A stretch of DNA of 64,000 nucleotides, taken from the IMG/VR virus record IMGVR_UViG_3300049794_000047. One strand, 5' to 3'. Below are positions 1 to 10,338 of this stretch, one piece after another. The position numbers and the translations under genes are program-made. The stretch comes from a virus. Taxonomy: Duplodnaviria > Caudoviricetes. How positions within the stretch are numbered: position 1 is the first letter of the stretch; the number at the start of each line of letters is the position of its first letter. The notes beneath the pieces are model-generated. The model saw only the letters and a list, made by a program, of their open reading frames with translations, was not told the origin of the DNA and did no database searches.

Positions 1-2106
1 ATCGATGTACTTCTTGAGGCCGTAGTCCTGGAACTCAGAGTTGCTTCCGAGCGTGAACGTGTATGAGTTCGTCCCGAGCCTGGTACCCGTCAGCTCCGCC
101 CATTGTGGGATCGCATCGTTGAGGATCTTGTTCAGCGCGTCGGACATCGACATAACACCCTTGGAGCTCATATATGCCGCCTGGGCGGTGCTCCCCTGTG
201 GGCCGCGGCGTAGGCCGACGTGACCGAGGCGAAACGGCAAACATCGCAACTCAGAGGGCACTGCGTGGTGCTCACCGTGACTGTCTCGCGGATCACGGAC
301 GGATCACCGGCGGATTGTCCTCGGCGGTGATCCCAGCAGCCGCGCTCTCTGCTTGTGATCTCGGCAGAAATGCGTCACCGCAGCTGCCGATCGCGCGGCC
401 GTCCGTCGTCCTACCGCTGATCGAGATTCGGTCCCCACACACGGGACACAGGTGTCTGCTCCTCTTCTTTTTGCCCGTGCTCATAGGAAACCTTCCCGGA
501 GCGGTGGGAGCCCCGCCGCCTCGCGCGTGTCGGCGTTCGCGAAGGCACTTTCCCATGTCGGTCCTTCACCGATGAGCAGAGGGGCGCTTAGACGATGTTC
601 GGCGTTTTTCCAGAGTTGGTACCCGACCATACAGCGGTTGGTGTGCTTCTTGGAGCGGAGACAGACCTGTGCGGAGGATCCGAACTCGCCGCGCGATGAC
701 CAGCGTCGAGCAGCCTCCACACGTGCTTGTGTTTTTGTCATCATCTGCCTCCACGGCGTGGAATCGTTTCCGTAGCACAGTCGCACTGCAGCAGTAGTGC
801 GTCAAGCACGCACTCGTCCAGCTTTGAGGATGCCGTGACGTTGGGCATTGGGACAGCCGTGAACTTGACGGTGTGTTGATCACTACACTCTGCGCCCATG
901 CGGGATGGCGCAAGATTCGATACGTCGATGTCCATCTCGGACAGGTGGCCCTGGGGCCAGATCCACACCCGTATCCGCTTGCCATCCGGCGCCCAGGCCC
1001 ATTCGGCGCGAGGGAGCGTGACGGGGAAGGTCACTGGAGCTCCCGGAGAATCGCGGCGCACGCCGCTGAACACGCATGCTTATTGCTGACGCGGCGCCAG
1101 GGCGGACTGATGTCGCGGACGAACTCCGCTACGGTCATGTTCGGCAGCGACGAGTTGTTGGTCTCGGCGCAGTCCGGATTATCACAGGAAATTTGCAGCC
1201 AACGTTCAATCATCGCCGCCCTCGGTGCTGCGCACTTCGCTTGGCGGCAGCACGAGCTGCCAGCGCAATCGTGACAGCCTGCCGCGCCTCCACACGCCCC
1301 TCGATCGCCTCCTCGAGCATCTGCATCGTTTCGGCGTCGCGGGCACTGAGCTTCCACGGAGGGCTCTGAGCGCGGTAGCGCGCTTCCTTGGTCTTGAAGT
1401 GTTCGTGCTGCCGCGCTAGTTCGGTCACTGGAAACAGCTTGACGCAGCCATGCATCGCGCCGAGTTGACGCCCGTCCTCGACCTGAAAGCGAATCACATA
1501 ACGCCCGGTCGCGCCGCAGTGCGGACAGGTGGCCCCTGCGCCGCAGTCGTCGGTGCCCAGGAAGCGCACGATGAGCGGCAGGCTAGCGGTTGTCATGGCA
1601 TCTTCTTGCCTTGCGGGCGGCGCGCCAGACCACGTACGCGCTAAGTCAGTGACTGCACTGACCAGGGTACGAAGTTACCCGTGGCGTTACAGGGAGGGTG
1701 TCCATCTACCCAGAATACGGGCTGCGTCAGATCGTGCGGTGCCTCAGGCATGGTGAGCGTACTATCGCCGATGGCGAAGGTGCTCCCGACGACATGGACG
1801 CATTCCCAGTTGCAGGAACACGAGGCCGTCGCCTTGCGTTCATCGTACGTCTCGCTTGTCACGGGCAGCACTGTTGCATTCACGGTGGCGTCCCCTCAGA
1901 GCGTGGGCACAGTTCGCGGCGCCGCATGGGACCGCAAGCGGCGGTCGGGGCGACGTCGATGAGGCGGCGGCCGCAGGTCGGTTGCGAGCGCGCCGGGCAG
2001 AGCTTCGTCGGTGGCGCCGGCCGGGATGAAGTGGTGTAGGCCGGCGCGGGTCGGCTGCGAGCGCACCAGCCGGATGACGATCGCTCGACGGTGAGCGTGA
2101 GGGTCG

Positions 2107-3501
2107 CTACGCGCTCACGGTGATGAAGCGCAGGATGTTGTAGGTGAGGGCGAAGAGACAGGCGGTGCCGGTGACCTTGTCGAGGCCGCGCAACGCGGTG
2201 GCGGCCATGCCGCGATGGGCTTTTGCGTCGGCGTTTACCGTCTCGGCGGTCGCGGCGCGCTGCTTGTAGATCTGCTTGGCCTCGTCGGTGCCCATGCGGA
2301 CGCGCCAGGCGGCGACGGCGTCGCTGTCGCCAGGCTTGGGCAGATGAGGGTCGATCGGTGGTTGGTCTGGCGTCTCGGACGCCTTGCTACGCGGCTTGGG
2401 CACCGGCGCGTAGAGGGTCACGCCCGCGGCGGTGGCCTCGTCGATGGCGTCGTGACTGGGATAGCCACCATCGACGAGCAGCTCGGTGGGGCGGACCCCC
2501 GTGCGAGCCTCGATCTGTTCGAGCATCGGGGTGGCTTGGCCTTGGTCGGTGCCGCGGTTGGTGACGCTGACGCCGACGATGGCGCGAGCGGCGTCCGTGG
2601 TGGTGGCGAACTGGGCGTTGAAGGCCGGGCGGAAGCCACCGTCGGGCATCTTCATGACGCGGGCGTCGGGATCGGTGGTGGACACGCGGGGGGTCGCGTC
2701 CTTGGCGCCGCTCTTCTTCTTGATCGCGGCGACGTCGGGGAGCTCGGCGAGCTCGGCGAGCGCGTGCTCGAGCCGTGCGAGCCGATCCTGTGCGACGCGC
2801 GCCATCGTCGCGGCGTGGCGGGCCGTGAGCGCGGGGTCGGTCGCCGCGCGGGTAACCTCGACGAGGTGGGCGCGAGCATCGAGCATGAGCCGCTCGAGCG
2901 ACTCACCGCTGCGAAACGATGCAGCGCCGGCGGACGCGCGGATGCGGGTGCCGTCCTGGGCGACGCAATGAAGATCGATGAGGTCGTGTTTCATGAGTCG
3001 CGCCAGGAGCTGGGTCACGAGTTCGCTGAACACGTCACCGTGGTCGCTGCGGAAGTCGTTGAGGCGGTGATAGGCGACCGCGACGCCGCCGCACAGCCAG
3101 CGGTAGGCGGCGTGGAGCTCGACGAGCCGCGCGATCTCGCGCCCCGAGCCGACGCCGTCACTGGTGGCGTAGACCCAGAGCCCCAGGAGGATCTTGGGGT
3201 CGGTGGCGGGTGCGCCGGCGATCTCGCCGCGGGCGCGGACGTCGGCGTAGAGCCCGCGCAGATCGAGCTTGTCGACGACGGCGGCGATCGCGCGCACCTC
3301 GTGATCGGCGGGCACCTCGGCGTCGAGGTCGACCCGTCCCCAGGTGATCTGGCCGCGCTGCGCGCGCTTGACTCGCACGTCGCGCTCCGGCTGCACCGGG
3401 CAACTCGGCCCGGCCGACCCGGCGGCTTCGTCGGTGGCGCCGGCCCACAACTCGGGCTGGATCGCTGCCCCCGTGCGGGGTGCCGACCGCTTGCGTCTCA
3501 T
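2107..3501 (-). mobile_element. IS1182-family DDE transposase
   Basis: Motifs GAPATDPKILLGLWVYA, SGREIARL, AYRWLCGG, QDGTRIRASA, STTDPDARVMK, LVDGGY, YKQRAATAETVNA. Probable start ATG at 3501 (MRRKRS); the 680-aa ORF N-terminus is a shadow of the neighbouring gene. Confidence 0.9.
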
Positions 3502-4136
3502 GGCCCCGCTCGCTTCCAGCTCTCGCGCAAGAGCCAGGTCTGGGCCGGCGGCAACGCCAGGTCGAGCGCGCCCGCCGACGAGTACGGATCGACGTAGCCG
3601 GGCGCATAGGTCTCGCCGCGCTGGGCGGCGTGCTTGCGCGCGTTGTCGCGGACGTAGCGCATGGCGTGGCGGACCTCGGTGGGCGTGCGCAAGACGCGCG
3701 CGTGATAGCGGTCGTCGAACACGCGGCCCGAGCGCCCCATCATCCGGTTGAGCCCCTTGGCGACGCGGATCGAGAAGCCCTGGACCGCGCGGGCGAGCGC
3801 GCGGCGGTTGGGCGCCTCGACCAGCAGGTGGATGTGGTTGCCTTGGACCGAGAACTGGATGACGCGGACGTCGAAGCGATCGCCACCGATCCGGAGCGCC
3901 GCCGCGATGACGCGGAACGAGCGCCGGCTGCGCAGGTTGTAGACGTGCGGCGCCATGCGCAAGGTGACGTGGAGCGGCATCGGGCGGGTCCACTCGCCGC
4001 GCGAGCGATGTGCCACGCCGGCGCGCGCACCGCGGGGTTTGCGGCCCGCGCCAGCGCGCTTGCCACCCCAGGTCCGGAACTCGAGCGCGAGCTGGCGGGG
4101 GCGACGCCGGGGCACGGGTGGGGGTGACGCCGTCAT
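3498..4136 (-). CDS. HUH/Y1 tyrosine transposase (RAYT/IS200-like)
   Basis: PLHVTLR, SVQGNHIHLLVE (HUH), GRVFDDRYH, RYVRDN (catalytic Y). Its stop overlaps the IS1182 start (ATGA). Confidence 0.85.
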   Translation of the reverse strand: MTASPPPVPRRRPRQLALEFRTWGGKRAGAGRKPRGARAGVAHRSRGEWTRPMPLHVTLRMAPHVYNLRSRRSFRVIAAALRIGGDRFDVRVIQFSVQGNHIHLLVEAPNRRALARAVQGFSIRVAKGLNRMMGRSGRVFDDRYHARVLRTPTEVRHAMRYVRDNARKHAAQRGETYAPGYVDPYSSAGALDLALPPAQTWLLRESWKRAGP

Positions 4137-4261
4137 CTTGATTAAGCATATATTGTCACGACCGTCGGGAAACGCAAGGGCTCTCATCAATCAGGTCCTC
4201 GCGCAGGCGGCGTCCCCACGGGCTAACCGGCGCTGATAGGTGAGATCTTGACGAGCGTGAT

Positions 4262-4386
4262 CGCCGCTCCGGCGACCGCTGCCGCTGCCGCTCCGGCGAC
4301 CGCTGCCGCTGCCGCTGCCGCTGCCGCTCCGGCGACCGCTGCCGCTGCCCGCTGCCGCTCCGGCGACCGCGGCGGAAGCGCTGCCG
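4262..4386. repeat. GCCGCT/CCGGCGA microsatellite-like tandem repeat
   Basis: Many GCCGCT hexamers interspersed with CCGGCGACC units. Confidence 0.9.
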
Positions 4387-4690
4387 GTCGTCGGCGAGCT
4401 GTGGCCGAAGCTGGCTCCTGCGCAGCGAGTCCTGCGTGTTCGCGTCGCTCGCGGTGTCACATCACGCCCCGTGCTTGGCCCCGCGCCGAGGCCGTCGCCC
4501 TTGCGCCGCTCTCGCGCACCGTCCCGCGCCGAGCGCTCGATCCACCGACATCACGCCAAGGGCGTCCCCACAGGTGATCGATCGGCGAGCCGCGAGCGGC
4601 GGTGCCGCGCTCGTCACGGGACGTGCGCTCCGCGGACGCATCGGGCGACGACGGCCCCGGCGCTCGGAGGCCAAGCATAAGGGGGTTCTG

Positions 4691-5011
4691 ATGTTCGATA
4701 CGCTCGAGATGTCGCTCACGGTGCTGGAACGACTCGCTCCGCTGGAGCCCAAGCTCCGCCTGCGCCGCAAGTCGCTCGCCGACGAGGTCGGCCGCGCTGC
4801 CGAATCGATCGCGCGCAACGTCAGCGAAGCGCGGCAGCGTGCCGGCCTCGATCGCGCCGACCTGTTCCGCCGTGCCGCCGGCTCCGCAAGCGAGCTCACC
4901 ACGGCGCTGCGCATCGCGCAGGCACGCGGCTACATCACGCCCGCCGACTTCGCCGCCGTCGATGCGGTGCTGGATCGAGTTCGCGCGATGCTGTGGCGGC
5001 TCACGCACTGA
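4691..5011 (+). CDS. Four-helix bundle protein (23S rRNA-IVS/Avd-like family)
   Basis: LADEVGRAAESIARNVSEA...FRRAAGSASELTTALRIAQARGY pattern. Confidence 0.85.
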   Translation: MFDTLEMSLTVLERLAPLEPKLRLRRKSLADEVGRAAESIARNVSEARQRAGLDRADLFRRAAGSASELTTALRIAQARGYITPADFAAVDAVLDRVRAMLWRLTH

Positions 5012-5299
5012 GTGGCCGGAGGACGTCCGCGCGGAGCTGTCCCGGGTGCGGCGCGGCGCGCGGATCTCGAGCGGTAGCTCTGCCAGTTGCTCGGCATCGA
5101 CCAGCAACGCCACGCGCCGGCCGGGCGTCGAGCCCGGGCTGGCTGTGGGGCTCCGCCGCGTCCCGGCAGGCTCCCAGTCGTCATCCCGAGCCTTCCAGGG
5201 CCATCGGCGGCTCCGTCTTCAGCTCACGATCCTGGCGCGCCGAATCGTGCCCAGGCTCTCAGTCTTCGTCACGAGACGCGAGCACTGAGGTCCCACCCG

Positions 5300-6538
5300 C
5301 TAGAGTGCCTGAACGAGGCGCCCCTGGACGCCACAGAAAAAGAGCGCACTTTCCTTACAGTCCTCTCCACGCGTCGTGACCAAGACGAAGTCTTGACCTA
5401 CGTGCACGGGATCTAGCGTCATGTGACTGCCGACGGTGCGGCCAGCGAAAGATTGACCTGGAAGGTCACCGCCGTTGGCGGCGAGCTGACAACGAATTCC
5501 GATCATGATGTTGTTGACGATCCAGTCGTCTTGGTGAGCGATAACCAGGCGCTCTGGTAGAAAGTCCCTCTGCGGTCGAGCGGTAATCTGCGCGCTTTGT
5601 GTCGACAAGATCGGCACGCGTGTGGACATTGGTAAGAAATAGCTGACCGTGCGCTGGGCGTTCGTGAGTTTCGTGGTGCCCGACAAATCGACCACGAGAC
5701 GCGCGGAGGGGTTGTTCCCGATATAGGTCGCCACAATCTCGACACGATCTTTCGCTGCCAAGGGTTCCAAGATCACAGGGACGGAATCCAAGAACATTTC
5801 CCCGGGCAGCTCTCCTGCTTGCACGAAGATTGATTTTCCGCGTGTTCGAATATCGTTTACGATCCAGTCCTTTGCATCCGCGATTGTGAGGCGATCGACG
5901 AATAGAGCCGGGGACGTGAGGGTCAACGACAGTTTGATGGTTTTGTTAGCCAGCACGCTTTTGGATTCTGCGCGCTCTGCAACGCGCTCGGAAGCGCTTG
6001 CGTCGTGGTGCTCCGTCGCCTTTGTCGGAGGACAACTTTCCCATCCAAACAAGGCTGCCTCGAAGCCCTCACCTTGTTCACTCGAACCTGTATAGGTCAC
6101 CACGGCCACGATTTCTTCGCCGCAACGAACTTTTCGTGAAGTGAGTGGGTGCCAGGCGTCCAGCGAGAACGCCGAGGCATCGCAAGAGTCCGCCTCGATG
6201 AGCGAGGCTTTGGAACCTGTCCAACTTTCGACTGTGAGCTGGTGAATGTCCCAACGCTCCGCGTTCTTGATCAAGAGGCGCTCAGGCCAAAACGCGTCAA
6301 GTTGAGGTCGCACCGTGACCTGAGCAGACTGCCCAGGCAGGATTTTGACATTGACAGGGGTGCTCAACGATAGCGGGACGCGGCGGGCATCCTTCGGAGT
6401 ACTTGTGGTATTCGATGGATTGGGCGCTTCGCTAGCTGTCAGTGATCTCCAAGCAGCTTGGTAGCTCTCGCCGGTCTTGTTTTGGCGCTCACGCACGCTG
6501 AGCTGCAACGCGCGATCCCGTTTCTTATCGTCTCTCAT
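5300..6538 (-). CDS. Uncharacterised protein with three tandem beta-rich RPQ-PERL repeat domains
   Basis: Repeats ILPGQSAQVTVRPQ..FWPERLLI, DRLTI..DWIVNDI, ILSTQSAQITARPQRDFLPERLVI; N-terminal RERQNKTGESYQAAW helix; paralogous to 19850-21151. Confidence 0.7.
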   Translation of the reverse strand: MRDDKKRDRALQLSVRERQNKTGESYQAAWRSLTASEAPNPSNTTSTPKDARRVPLSLSTPVNVKILPGQSAQVTVRPQLDAFWPERLLIKNAERWDIHQLTVESWTGSKASLIEADSCDASAFSLDAWHPLTSRKVRCGEEIVAVVTYTGSSEQGEGFEAALFGWESCPPTKATEHHDASASERVAERAESKSVLANKTIKLSLTLTSPALFVDRLTIADAKDWIVNDIRTRGKSIFVQAGELPGEMFLDSVPVILEPLAAKDRVEIVATYIGNNPSARLVVDLSGTTKLTNAQRTVSYFLPMSTRVPILSTQSAQITARPQRDFLPERLVIAHQDDWIVNNIMIGIRCQLAANGGDLPGQSFAGRTVGSHMTLDPVHVGQDFVLVTTRGEDCKESALFFCGVQGRLVQAL

Positions 6539-6901
6539 TGAAACCTCTCGTTGTCTCGTCCGAGCTGTCCCGCACCGACGGCCCGTCCGAGCAGAGAGAT
6601 TCAAGAGCGCATCCCGGTGGGTCATCCCCTTCATCCCCGCGAAGCGACCAAGGTGCGGTTGGTCGATGGGGCTCAGGCATCCCGGTAGGTGCCGAGATTA
6701 GGTTATCATGTTGGAGACCTGATCCGCAAGCGATGCATGCCCCAGCGGCAACAAAAGCATGCGTTTCTTGTTGTGTTTCATTACCTTGGAGATCAGCGTG
6801 GGTGCCCATCTACCTAGAATACGGGATGCGTCAGATGCCCGTAGGCCACGTGATCTCCTCAAATTTTGAGAGAACCTTTCAGAAATGGTTAGGCTGCCAA
6901 C

Positions 6902-7201
6902 ATGCCGAAGAAGAGCGCCGCCCAACTTGACAGCGAGATCGCCGTCGCCCGGATGATCGGACGTCACGTCGCGTCCAAGTGGCATGGCCGCGCGGACGGC
7001 GAAAGCGTTCAATGGAAATCGTTCGGCGCGTCCATGACCGATGTGCTCGTGCGCGATGTTCCGAGCAATCGGCTCAACTGGCACGCGAGCCAGGGCCTCA
7101 CACCGATCGATGGTAAAGGTCCACTGCCATCACGTACTGAGGTACGTGAAAGTCGTCGCCGCGAGATGGCGTTGCCTCAGAACCAGGGATCGCTGGGGTA
7201 G
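6902..7201 (+). CDS. Hypothetical protein with N-terminal KSAAQLDSEIA motif
   Basis: ORF; the motif recurs in three other ORFs of the window. Confidence 0.55.
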   Translation: MPKKSAAQLDSEIAVARMIGRHVASKWHGRADGESVQWKSFGASMTDVLVRDVPSNRLNWHASQGLTPIDGKGPLPSRTEVRESRRREMALPQNQGSLG

Positions 7202-7325
7202 TCTCGAGGCAGCTCGTTCGATTGCGGGGCGTTCGATCGGGCTTGGACACCGCCTCAGTCTCGAACCGCGGGATTTAGGGGCAACCACATCGAATCAGGG
7301 GCAGGCGAATGAAAGGCGCCTGTTA

Positions 7326-7411
7326 GGGGCTGGAACGAAATAACCTAGTCATTTCGGGTGAATCTTCGTCGGAAAATCGGTCAAATGGCCAAGTTAATAA
7401 AGTCCAGCCCC
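7326..7411 (+). mobile_element. 86-bp MITE copy 1
   Basis: GGGGCTGGA...TCCAGCCCC ends, TTA duplication on both sides. Confidence 0.9.
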
Positions 7412-8325
7412 TTAGCGATCCTCGACGGAGAAGCGACAGCGATTCAATGTCACACGGGCGCAGTACGACATCGTGGACACCCCTCGCCGCATCCTGGCAG
7501 GGGAACAGAACCACAGCGGCCCGCCGACGGTTGCAACCCGCCGACGAGCCAAGGAGTCCACGATGTCGAAGCATCGCAACCCCCGGCCGAAGGTACCGAA
7601 GCGGCCCACCCCTGACAACCCCGACCCCGGCGTCCTGGTCGGGCGCCTCTACAGCGACCTGGTCGAGCTGGAGGGCCTGGCCGTCACCGCCGACGAGTAC
7701 GTCACGGCGCTGCCGGTGTTCCCGACGGGCAGGTACAGGCGCACCCTGCGGCGCCTCTACGTGCTCGTCGGCGCAACCGCCGGACGAGCCAGCGCGGTGC
7801 TGGAGCGGAGCGAAGGCGTCCTCGCTCAACTGGCAACAACCCCCGGGGGTCGGCGCCCGCCGATCCGCCGAGTACGCTGAGTTTCTGTTTCGCGCGTGTC
7901 TGCTGATCTGGGTCGGCAAGACGGCAACACACGTTCACGATATAACGGTCGTGAACGTCTCGATCACGCGTCCGTCGCGAACGATCGCGATCCCGCGGCT
8001 ACCCGAGAGTACGCCCCACGGGCCGTCCCAGTAGTAGAGGGAGTCACCGGGTCGACAGACGCTGCGGATGAGGCGGGGAGGATGCTGCTTGCCCTCGAAG
8101 TCTATCCATCCCCCGCCGCGTTGGAGGACCAGCTCGTCGCGTTGCCATGGATCGAGGTCCGGTCGCGCGGCGATCACGTCGGGTGTGAGCGGATAAAGCG
8201 TCAGTCCTTGGTGATTGATCATGGGATGTCCTTAGCCAGTTGATTCCCTTCGGGTTCGCGAAGCTGGGAGAGACAGTGGACTTGATTGGGAGGCCGGCGC
8301 TTCCAGTCATCGACGAATCCTCTTA

Positions 8326-8411
8326 GGGGCTGGACTTTATTAACTTGGGCATTTGCCCGATTTTCGGACGAAGATCCACCCGAAATGACCAGGTTATTTC
8401 GTTCCAGCCCC
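8326..8411 (-). mobile_element. 86-bp MITE copy 2
   Basis: Same element inverted, TTA duplication. Confidence 0.9.
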
Positions 8412-9290
8412 TTAGAGATCTGGGTCTGGATCCCAGCCGAAACCCGGAGGTGTTCGCTCGAACTTCGCGGGGACCGGCGGTAACTGTGTCGCGGTTTGGA
8501 AGTCGATTGATGTGCCGTTGAGTCGATTCTCTGCTCGTCGAATGGGTAACGGCAGAGATGGAAGGGACGGCCGGATCTCCTCTCCGAAGATCAACATCTC
8601 GAACGGGTGTCCCCTCAAGGTTTCCTCGTCAACACAGGTCACGACCACGACGATGTCCTGGCAAGGCTGACACGTGGTCATTGTAAGAGCGCGGCCAAGC
8701 TCGGCAGTCTCGGCGCCGATCACTCGGATCGGTACGACGATGTGCCCCTTGCCCGCCCTCTGTTCGATCTCGGTGGAGATCTCGAGAACCGGCAGGCCCT
8801 GGAGTCGAACGGCCCAGGTCTCACCTGGAACATCCTGGGAGCACGGGAATTGGCTGCAGTTCCCGACCTTGAGATCGTGGATGACGAAGTGTCGCGCAAG
8901 TCGGTCCGGAATCGCGACGCGGCGCCCACGAAATGGCACCTGGGGGCGCACGGTGATTTGCGCGGACTGCTTGGGGAGGATGGGCACACCTACACAGAGC
9001 GCAAGCATGGAATCTCGTACTTGCGGCTCTTGCTCGGTGACCTTCTCGGCGCGTAGGTGTTCCCATGCCTGGAGGTAAGCGCACACCTCGTCGTGAGACC
9101 CCATGAAGGTCGATCCGACGGCGGCCTTTCCGTCGACACAGCGTCGAACGGCACCGCGTTGTTGATCCCAGCTGATGATCTCGATCCCGAGATTGCGGGC
9201 ACGCTTCATGAGGTCGTCGGGTGGTCTCATGGCTGGCACGCGTATCCAGTCAGCGGTGACCGACGCTTCATTCCTGGTCTTGGTCGTCAT
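8412..9290 (-). CDS. Uncharacterised protein with one RPQ-type repeat domain
   Basis: VPILPKQSAQITVRPQVPFRGRRVAI...FVIHDLKVGNCSQF..DVPG. Its stop TAA coincides with the MITE target duplication. Confidence 0.65.
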   Translation of the reverse strand: MTTKTRNEASVTADWIRVPAMRPPDDLMKRARNLGIEIISWDQQRGAVRRCVDGKAAVGSTFMGSHDEVCAYLQAWEHLRAEKVTEQEPQVRDSMLALCVGVPILPKQSAQITVRPQVPFRGRRVAIPDRLARHFVIHDLKVGNCSQFPCSQDVPGETWAVRLQGLPVLEISTEIEQRAGKGHIVVPIRVIGAETAELGRALTMTTCQPCQDIVVVVTCVDEETLRGHPFEMLIFGEEIRPSLPSLPLPIRRAENRLNGTSIDFQTATQLPPVPAKFERTPPGFGWDPDPDL

Positions 9291-9301
9291 TGGCACAAAG
9301 C

Positions 9302-9682
9302 TTACCGTGGCGTGGGACAAAACGGGAAGTTTCTCGAGCATTTTGTCCCGACCTGCTTGACGACCCGGAGAACCGCCTCGCGCGGTCGGTCCTCGACGAC
9401 GGTCTCCTCGTCGGCGAAGTCATCCGGTGGCCGACCACAGTGTGGGCACGTCCTCGGTGAGAGCAGCGCGCCCGCGAGCAGGTCATCGATCGACACGTCG
9501 GTCAGCCGCGCGACGCCGTAGGCGAGCCTCGCCGTGACGTCCCTCGTGCCGCGGAGCACCTTGCCGAGGCTGTCCGCCTTCACCCCGAGCGCGTCGGCGA
9601 GCGGCTGCCAGCCGCCAACCCGGAACCGCAGGAAGCGGATCGCGACGCGCACGTGTCGCTGTTCCCTGTCCGTGAGCCTCAC
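9302..9682 (-). CDS. IS-associated XRE-like HTH protein with CPHC tail
   Basis: LADALGVKADSLGKVLRGTRDVTARLAYGVARL...TCPHCG; GTGA overlap with the upstream transposase. Confidence 0.75.
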   Translation of the reverse strand: MRLTDREQRHVRVAIRFLRFRVGGWQPLADALGVKADSLGKVLRGTRDVTARLAYGVARLTDVSIDDLLAGALLSPRTCPHCGRPPDDFADEETVVEDRPREAVLRVVKQVGTKCSRNFPFCPTPR

Positions 9683-10338
9683 GGCATCACCAGGCGCGAG
9701 AACTCGGCCTCGACCCCGAACTCCTCGATCGCGTGCACGATGCAGCTCAGGTTCCACAGGAGCACCTTCGCGAGCACCTCGTTCACCTGCGCCGCGAACA
9801 GCTTGGAGCGCACGCTGCCGCCGAACTTCGCCTTCATCGCGCCGAACGTCGACTCGACGTTGCTGCGCCGGTGGTAGTGCCTGAGGAACTCCTCGGCCTT
9901 GAGGTCGAAGTAGGCCCACATCTTCCGCCAGTGCTCGTTCGGGTGGTCCATCTCGCGGCTGTTCGACTTGAACGGCACGAAGGGCAGGGCGCCGACCGCG
10001 GCGATCGCATCGAGATTGGGCTCGGCCAGGTACGCCTTGTCGGCGCTGACCTCCCTCATCAGGAAGCGCCGGGCCGTCGCGTGGACGAGATCTTTGAACT
10101 GGAGCGAGTCGCCAGATCCGGTGCCCGTGCCGATCGTGACGCGCGCGGCGGTCACGACGTTCGTGAGCGTCCCGGTCGCGGCGTGCAGCTTCACCCAGTC
10201 GTGGATGAATCGCTGCTCCTTGTGCTTCGCGGCCCGCGAGCCGTGTCTCGTGCGAGATGGGCCTGGCGCGCGACAGATCCTTGATCCGACGATCGAGGTC
10301 AGCGTGCTCCAACTCGTGGATCCGGTCGCACTGCTCAA
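9679..10338 (-). pseudogene. N-terminally truncated DDE transposase (IS4/IS5-superfamily-like)
   Basis: WVKLHA, DSLQF, VSADKAY, YHRRSNVESTFGAMKAKFG, WNL motifs; the N-terminal part is missing. Confidence 0.8.

Noticed and set aside
2107-4149. 680-aa single fused transposase
   Set aside because: The first about 215 aa are an alternative frame of the Y1 gene; the real IS1182 ORF starts near 3501.
4691-5011. Diversity-generating retroelement (Avd-like gene)
   Set aside because: No reverse transcriptase or TR/VR pair seen in the window.
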